A stretch of DNA of 62,677 bases from Flavobacteriales bacterium (GTDB lineage: Bacteria > Bacteroidota > Bacteroidia > UBA4408), in contig JBEIVB010000005.1 of the NCBI GenBank assembly GCA_040374085.1, forward strand, positions 1-62,677, written 5' to 3'. Both the position numbers and the translations under genes were made by a program. The notes beneath the pieces were generated by a model that was not told the origin of the DNA, did not search any database, and saw only the letters and a program-made list of their open reading frames with translations. Shown piece after piece: positions 57,672 to 62,677 of the stretch; the stretch's first letter is position 1; every line of letters begins with the position of its first letter.

Positions 57672-59741
57672 ATGCGTAAAACTCTTGTATTGGCCGGCGC
57701 CGCGCTGGCTTTCGTTGCCAGCCTTCAAGCACAACCACGGAAGGCACCTGCAAAATCCGCTCCTGCCAAGCCTGCAGCAGCTCCCGCCCCGGTATTGGAT
57801 CCGGTTCTGCTCACCATCGGTGGTAAGTCCATCACCAAATCGGAGTTCGTTTCCATTTACAAAAAGAACAGCGGTCGAGACAAAGACAAGGAAAAACTTT
57901 CCCTTCAGGATTATCTACAACTTTTCGTTAATTTTAAGTTGCAGGTGCGCGATGCAGAAGCCATGGGCTTGGATACCACACCTGCCTTTAAAAACGAGTT
58001 GGAAGGGTACCGCAAGCAATTGGCCCAGCCCTACCTGGTAGACAACGAGGTAAACGAACAACTCCTGAAAGAGGCCTACGAGCGCATGAAAACCGAAATT
58101 CATGTGGCTCACATCTTGGTAAAAACCTCCGACGATGCTTTGCCCAAAGACACGCTAAAGGCATACAACCAAGCCATTGAGTACCGCAACATGTTGTTGA
58201 AAGGCGATGACTTTGCTGCCTTGGCCAAGCGTGTAAGCACCGATCCAAGTGCAAAAGACGGCAACGGAAACAAAGGCAACGGCGGCGACCTGGGCTACTT
58301 CAGCGCCCTTCAGTTTGTGTATCCATTCGAAAACGCTTGTTTCAACATGAACCCCGGCGAAATCAGCATGCCGGTGCGCACCAAGTTTGGATACCACATC
58401 ATTAAAGTAATAGACAAACGCAATTCTTTGGGCCAAATTACCGTTGCCCACATCATGGTGAAATGCCCGAAAGGCACCACCGGAGCCGACTCGGCTAACG
58501 CCTACAAGCGCATTGTAGAGCTGCAAGACTCGGTGAAACAAGGCAAAGACTTTGCAAAACTGGCCGAGCGTTACAGCGACGACAAAGGTTCTGCCCGCAA
58601 AGGCGGCGAACTTCCAATGTTTGGATCCGGACGCATGGTGCCCGAATTTGAAAAGGCAGCCTTTGCCCTAACCGCAGACGGTCAAATAAGCGCACCCGTG
58701 CTCACCGATTACGGTTGGCACCTCATCAAGCGCGTAAGCAAAAAAGGAATCGGCACCTTCGATGAATTGAAGGCCGAGTTGAAAGCCAAAGTGAACAAAG
58801 ACAGCCGCTCTCAGAAAAGCCGCGAGTCTATGATCTCGAAAATTAAAAAGGAATACGGCTTCAAAGAAATGGCTGCGGCCCGCAACGAATTCATTCCATT
58901 GATTGATTCTACGTTTTTTCAAGGCAAGTGGAAAGCCTCTGCGGCCGAAAAGCTGAAGAAGCCCTTGTTTACCATAAAAGACAAAACCTATACCCAAACC
59001 GACTTTGCCAAATTCCTAGAGGCGCGTCAGGTGCAGCGACCCAAAGTTGAGCCCACCGTGGTCATCAACGAACAGTACAAAACCTTTGTTACCGAATCGT
59101 GTCTGTCGTACGAGGAAGGCCAGCTCTTGGGCAAGTATCCCGATTACCGTGCCCTTTATCAGGAATACCGAGACGGCATTTTGCTCTTCGATGTGAAGGA
59201 TAAAAAAGTGTGGAGCAAAGGCGTGAAAGACACCACCGGGTTGAAGAACTTCTACGAGTCTCACAAAGAGAACTACCGTTGGGATGAGCGCGTTGATGCC
59301 AACATTTTTCGCTGCAAAAGCGACTCGGTTGCCAAAGCTGTGGTGGAATTGCTGAACCCTCCTGCGGCACCAAAGAAGAAAAAGAAGAAAGGCGAGGAAG
59401 AACCTAAGCCCCTCATACTGGATGATGTCATCTCCAGAATCAACGCTAAATCTAAGCTCAACTTAAACGTTGAGTCGGGAAAATTCTCCAAAGGTGAGAA
59501 TGAATGGGTGGACAAGGTGGGCAAGACCGTAGGCATTACAGCACCGGTGAAAGCAGACAACGGCATGTACGTATTTGTGCGGGTAAATGCGGTTATTCCT
59601 CCGGGTGTAAAGAGCTTAAACGAAGCCCGCGGCCTCATCACCGCCGATTATCAAAACCAATTGGAAAAGGAATGGCTCGAGTCTTTGCGCGTTTCCTATC
59701 CGGTTGAAGTGAAGCAAGAGGTTCTCTCAACCATACCGTAA
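57672..59741 (+). CDS. Periplasmic peptidyl-prolyl isomerase with two parvulin domains
   Basis: VAHIL..GGDLGYF..TKFGYHII and VAHIM..GGEL..TDYGWHLI; EYRDGILLF; signal peptide. Confidence 0.92.
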   Translation: MRKTLVLAGAALAFVASLQAQPRKAPAKSAPAKPAAAPAPVLDPVLLTIGGKSITKSEFVSIYKKNSGRDKDKEKLSLQDYLQLFVNFKLQVRDAEAMGLDTTPAFKNELEGYRKQLAQPYLVDNEVNEQLLKEAYERMKTEIHVAHILVKTSDDALPKDTLKAYNQAIEYRNMLLKGDDFAALAKRVSTDPSAKDGNGNKGNGGDLGYFSALQFVYPFENACFNMNPGEISMPVRTKFGYHIIKVIDKRNSLGQITVAHIMVKCPKGTTGADSANAYKRIVELQDSVKQGKDFAKLAERYSDDKGSARKGGELPMFGSGRMVPEFEKAAFALTADGQISAPVLTDYGWHLIKRVSKKGIGTFDELKAELKAKVNKDSRSQKSRESMISKIKKEYGFKEMAAARNEFIPLIDSTFFQGKWKASAAEKLKKPLFTIKDKTYTQTDFAKFLEARQVQRPKVEPTVVINEQYKTFVTESCLSYEEGQLLGKYPDYRALYQEYRDGILLFDVKDKKVWSKGVKDTTGLKNFYESHKENYRWDERVDANIFRCKSDSVAKAVVELLNPPAAPKKKKKKGEEEPKPLILDDVISRINAKSKLNLNVESGKFSKGENEWVDKVGKTVGITAPVKADNGMYVFVRVNAVIPPGVKSLNEARGLITADYQNQLEKEWLESLRVSYPVEVKQEVLSTIP

Positions 59742-60662
59742 ATGGCTACAAAGCCGTCAGCCTATAAGTCCCGGCACTCCCGGGACTTTCCTGTTTTTAT
59801 GATGGTAACGTTATGGGGGATTGTTTTTCTCTTCGTGGCGCTCTTATCTTCTTGTAAAACGGGCATAGGGGGTGGCGATGGTGCAGAAGTGGCGCGGGTA
59901 GGAGAGGAGAGACTCTTGAGGCAGGAGGTGCTGAAACGCATGCCGGCCGACGTGCACGGAAAAGACAGTCTGGCCCTTTTCAACCGAGTGGTTCAAGATT
60001 GGGTAGATCAACGGGTTTTATTGGCGAAAGCCAAGAGCAACCTCAGTGCCGAGGAGCAGGATGTGGAGCAGGAATTGGAAGACTACCGCAACTCTCTATT
60101 GATTTACCGGTTTGAGCGCGAGTTGGTGCGTCAAAAGCTGGATACCGCCATCACCGATTCTGCCATCACCCAATACTACCGCAAACATCCTCAGCAGTTT
60201 GCCTTAAAAGACAACATCGTTCAGGTGATGTATGTGAGAGTGCCAAAGAAAACGCCATCTCTGGAGAGGCTGCGTGCTTGGATGCGCACGCCCCGTACCC
60301 AAGACCGGGGCATGCTGGAAGATTATTGCAGACGCTATGCCGGAAACTACTACCTCAACACCGATGCTTGGCTGCTCTTCAGCGACCTTCTGCGCGAAAT
60401 TCCCATCAACACCTACAACCAGGAGCAGTTCCTACAAAACAACCGCTACATAGAGCTTTCCGATGAAAACAACCTGTATCTGGTGCACATCTTAGGTTTT
60501 CGTGTGAAAGACGGGTTGTCTCCACTTACCTTTGAGCGTCAGAACATCCGCACCATTTTAATCAACCAGCGCAAACTGGAGCTCATCGCCCGCATGAAAA
60601 GCGAGGTGGTGCGCCAGGCACTCGATCAAGGCGATGCACGCATTGAGAACAAAAAACCATGA
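59742..60662 (+). CDS. Foldase-associated lipoprotein (SurA/PpiC-like operon member)
   Basis: LLSSC lipobox, VARVG, YRNSLLIY, IRTILINQRK; lies between two PPIase genes; exact start uncertain. Confidence 0.75.
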   Translation: MATKPSAYKSRHSRDFPVFMMVTLWGIVFLFVALLSSCKTGIGGGDGAEVARVGEERLLRQEVLKRMPADVHGKDSLALFNRVVQDWVDQRVLLAKAKSNLSAEEQDVEQELEDYRNSLLIYRFERELVRQKLDTAITDSAITQYYRKHPQQFALKDNIVQVMYVRVPKKTPSLERLRAWMRTPRTQDRGMLEDYCRRYAGNYYLNTDAWLLFSDLLREIPINTYNQEQFLQNNRYIELSDENNLYLVHILGFRVKDGLSPLTFERQNIRTILINQRKLELIARMKSEVVRQALDQGDARIENKKP

Positions 60663-62020
60663 ATAGGCATATCCTTATATTTCTCTTGGCCGCTCTCCCT
60701 ATGCTGTTGCAGGCCCAATCGGCCAAGCCGGTTATGGTGGATCAGGTGGTAGCAGTGGTGGGGGCCAACCTCATTCTGAAAAGCGACATCGAAAATGAAT
60801 TCGTGCAGCTTCAGGCACAAGGCAACACCGCCGTAAATCGTTGTGCAGTGTTGGAGGAACTGCTTTTCAATCGCCTCCTCATCAACCAAGCTGAGCTCGA
60901 TTCACTTGAGGTGAGCGACGGACAGGTGCAGCAGGAGCTCGACCAGCGCATGAACTACTACGTATCGCAACTGGGCAGCGAGGAGAAGCTCGAAGAGTAC
61001 ATGGGCAAGTCTATTGGACAGCTTAAAGAGGAGTTTCGTGAAGATGTGCGGAAACTCTTGCTGGCCCGCCAAGAACAAGCCAAAATAACCGGCGATACCA
61101 AAGTGAACCCCAGCGAAGTGCGCGCGTTCTTCAACTCCATACCGGCCGACTCTCTCCCCTTGCTCAATGCTGAAATAGAACTGGCTACCATCACCAAGAA
61201 GCCACCCGTAAACCAAGAGGAGAAAATGCGGGTTCGGGGCAAACTCGAGAAAATCCGCGACCGAATCGAATCAGGCGAAGACTTTGCCACCATGTCTGTG
61301 TTGTACAGCGAAGATGTGGAGTCGGCTAAGCGTGGAGGAGAACTGGGCTATGTAGGCCGCAACGATCTGGTGCCCGAATTCTCTGCCGAAGCCTTCAACT
61401 TAAAAGGCAAGGAAGTATCGCGCATCGTAGAAACCACCTTTGGATATCATATCATTCAACTTATAGGAAGAAGAGGAGAAATGATCAACGTGCGGCACAT
61501 CCTGCTCATTCCCAAAACCTCCAGTGCCGACCTCCTCAAAGGCCAGCAACAGCTCGACAGCATTAAAACCCTCATCCAAACCCAGAAAGTATCCTTCGAC
61601 TCCGCAGCCTATCGGTATTCCGATGATGAGGATACCAAGCGCAACGGCGGACGCATGATCAACCCGGCCACCGGAACCAGTCGCTTTGATGTTACCGAGC
61701 TCGACCCTCAGTTGTTTTTTGCGGTAGACAAGCTTTCGGTAGGCGAAATATCTGCCCCCATTAAAGTTTCCGAGCCGGGCGGAAAAACCGCTTACCGCCT
61801 TTTAAAACTGGTGAGCAAAAGTGCGCCCCACCGCGCCAATCTCAAAGACGATTACCAACGTGTGCAGGTCATCTGCCAAAACCAAAAGCAGAGCAAGATC
61901 ATCAACGATTGGATCCGCAAGAAGCGGAGAACCACCTATGTGCGCATCAACGACGAGTTCAGCGGATGCAATTTTAAGCATCCCTGGTTCGAACCCACAA
62001 CCGCCAACCCCAAACCATGA
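60659..62020 (+). CDS. surA: SurA-type chaperone / peptidyl-prolyl isomerase
   Basis: [16 protein letters not shown]-domain, [19 protein letters not shown]. Confidence 0.88.
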   Translation: MNRHILIFLLAALPMLLQAQSAKPVMVDQVVAVVGANLILKSDIENEFVQLQAQGNTAVNRCAVLEELLFNRLLINQAELDSLEVSDGQVQQELDQRMNYYVSQLGSEEKLEEYMGKSIGQLKEEFREDVRKLLLARQEQAKITGDTKVNPSEVRAFFNSIPADSLPLLNAEIELATITKKPPVNQEEKMRVRGKLEKIRDRIESGEDFATMSVLYSEDVESAKRGGELGYVGRNDLVPEFSAEAFNLKGKEVSRIVETTFGYHIIQLIGRRGEMINVRHILLIPKTSSADLLKGQQQLDSIKTLIQTQKVSFDSAAYRYSDDEDTKRNGGRMINPATGTSRFDVTELDPQLFFAVDKLSVGEISAPIKVSEPGGKTAYRLLKLVSKSAPHRANLKDDYQRVQVICQNQKQSKIINDWIRKKRRTTYVRINDEFSGCNFKHPWFEPTTANPKP

Positions 62021-62677
62021 GTACAACCAGTTCATACGCTTCTGATGTAGAGGCCGCCAAAGATTTTGTTCTGCATTACCAAAAACTCAATCAAGAGATT
62101 GGTCGCGTGATTGTGGGCCAGCAAGAGGTGATTCAGGATGTGTTGATTTCCATTTTCGGCCGTGGCCACTGCCTATTGGTAGGGGTACCCGGGCTGGCCA
62201 AGACCTTGTTGGTAAACACCATTGCCGATACCCTTGGTCTCGACTTCAGCCGCATACAGTTTACGCCCGACCTCATGCCCGGCGACATTACCGGTTCTGA
62301 GATTTTGGATGAGCGCCGTGAGTTTCGTTTTATAAAAGGCCCTTTATTTGCCAACATTGTTTTGGCTGATGAAATTAACCGTACTCCACCCAAAACCCAG
62401 AGTGCGTTGCTGGAGGCCATGCAGGAAAAGTCGGTAACTGCTGCCGGCAAGCGATACGCCCTGCCCAACCCCTTCTTTGTGTTGGCCACGCAAAACCCCA
62501 GTGAGCAAGAAGGAACCTATCCCTTACCCGAAGCTCAGCTCGATCGTTTCATGTTCAGCGTATTTCTGGGCTATCCAAGCCTTCAGGAAGAACTTATGAT
62601 CGTGCGCAACACCACCAGCGACCAAGCGGTACAGTTGAACAAGGTGCTCAGCGCAGAACAAATATTGTACTTCCAAA
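62017..62677 (+). CDS. MoxR family AAA+ ATPase (3'-truncated by window)
   Basis: Manual translation from ATG 62017: [47 protein letters not shown]; absent from the ORF track because it has no stop in the window. Confidence 0.93.
   Translation, partial: MSTTSSYASDVEAAKDFVLHYQKLNQEIGRVIVGQQEVIQDVLISIFGRGHCLLVGVPGLAKTLLVNTIADTLGLDFSRIQFTPDLMPGDITGSEILDERREFRFIKGPLFANIVLADEINRTPPKTQSALLEAMQEKSVTAAGKRYALPNPFFVLATQNPSEQEGTYPLPEAQLDRFMFSVFLGYPSLQEELMIVRNTTSDQAVQLNKVLSAEQILYFQ

Noticed and set aside
59370-59400. Poly-Lys run (PKKKKKKGEEE) in the PPIase as a phase-variable tract
   Set aside because: Mixed AAG/AAA codons, in frame, no long homopolymer; likely a flexible loop
1-62677. tRNA, rRNA, CRISPR array, IS/transposase, integrase, prophage or defence system
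   Set aside because: No cloverleaf, regularly spaced repeats or mobile/defence protein motifs recognised by eye

Overview
A 62.7-kb chromosomal segment from a Bacteroidota bacterium. The assignment rests on T9SS C-terminal domains, gldG, ribosomal protein THX, a choice-of-anchor L protein, TAnnTTTG -7 promoters and no obvious Shine-Dalgarno sites. The window is mostly core and cell-envelope genes. Translation and nucleoid: pheT, fmt, an RsmI-like methyltransferase, HU, NA37. DNA repair: uvrA, uvrC, an AddA-like helicase-nuclease, dinD. Metabolism: pseudouridine catabolism (psuK-psuG) and purK. Envelope: an SGNH-SGNH-MBOAT O-acylation locus, a dispersed wza/wzc/rfbC/wecA/asnB/GT polysaccharide locus, AsmA, and a PPIase-SurA-MoxR operon. 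No tRNA, rRNA, CRISPR array, IS element or prophage was recognised. I found no clear-cut new multi-gene system. The best leads are (i) a MauG-type di-heme enzyme with His replacing the inter-heme Trp, near an extremely Trp-rich secreted orphan, (ii) a T9SS-secreted chlorophyllase/cutinase-like hydrolase with cysteines next to its catalytic residues, (iii) several apparently leaderless genes, and (iv) phased DnaA-box-like repeats upstream of hup. All calls come from motif recognition by eye; no database searches were run.
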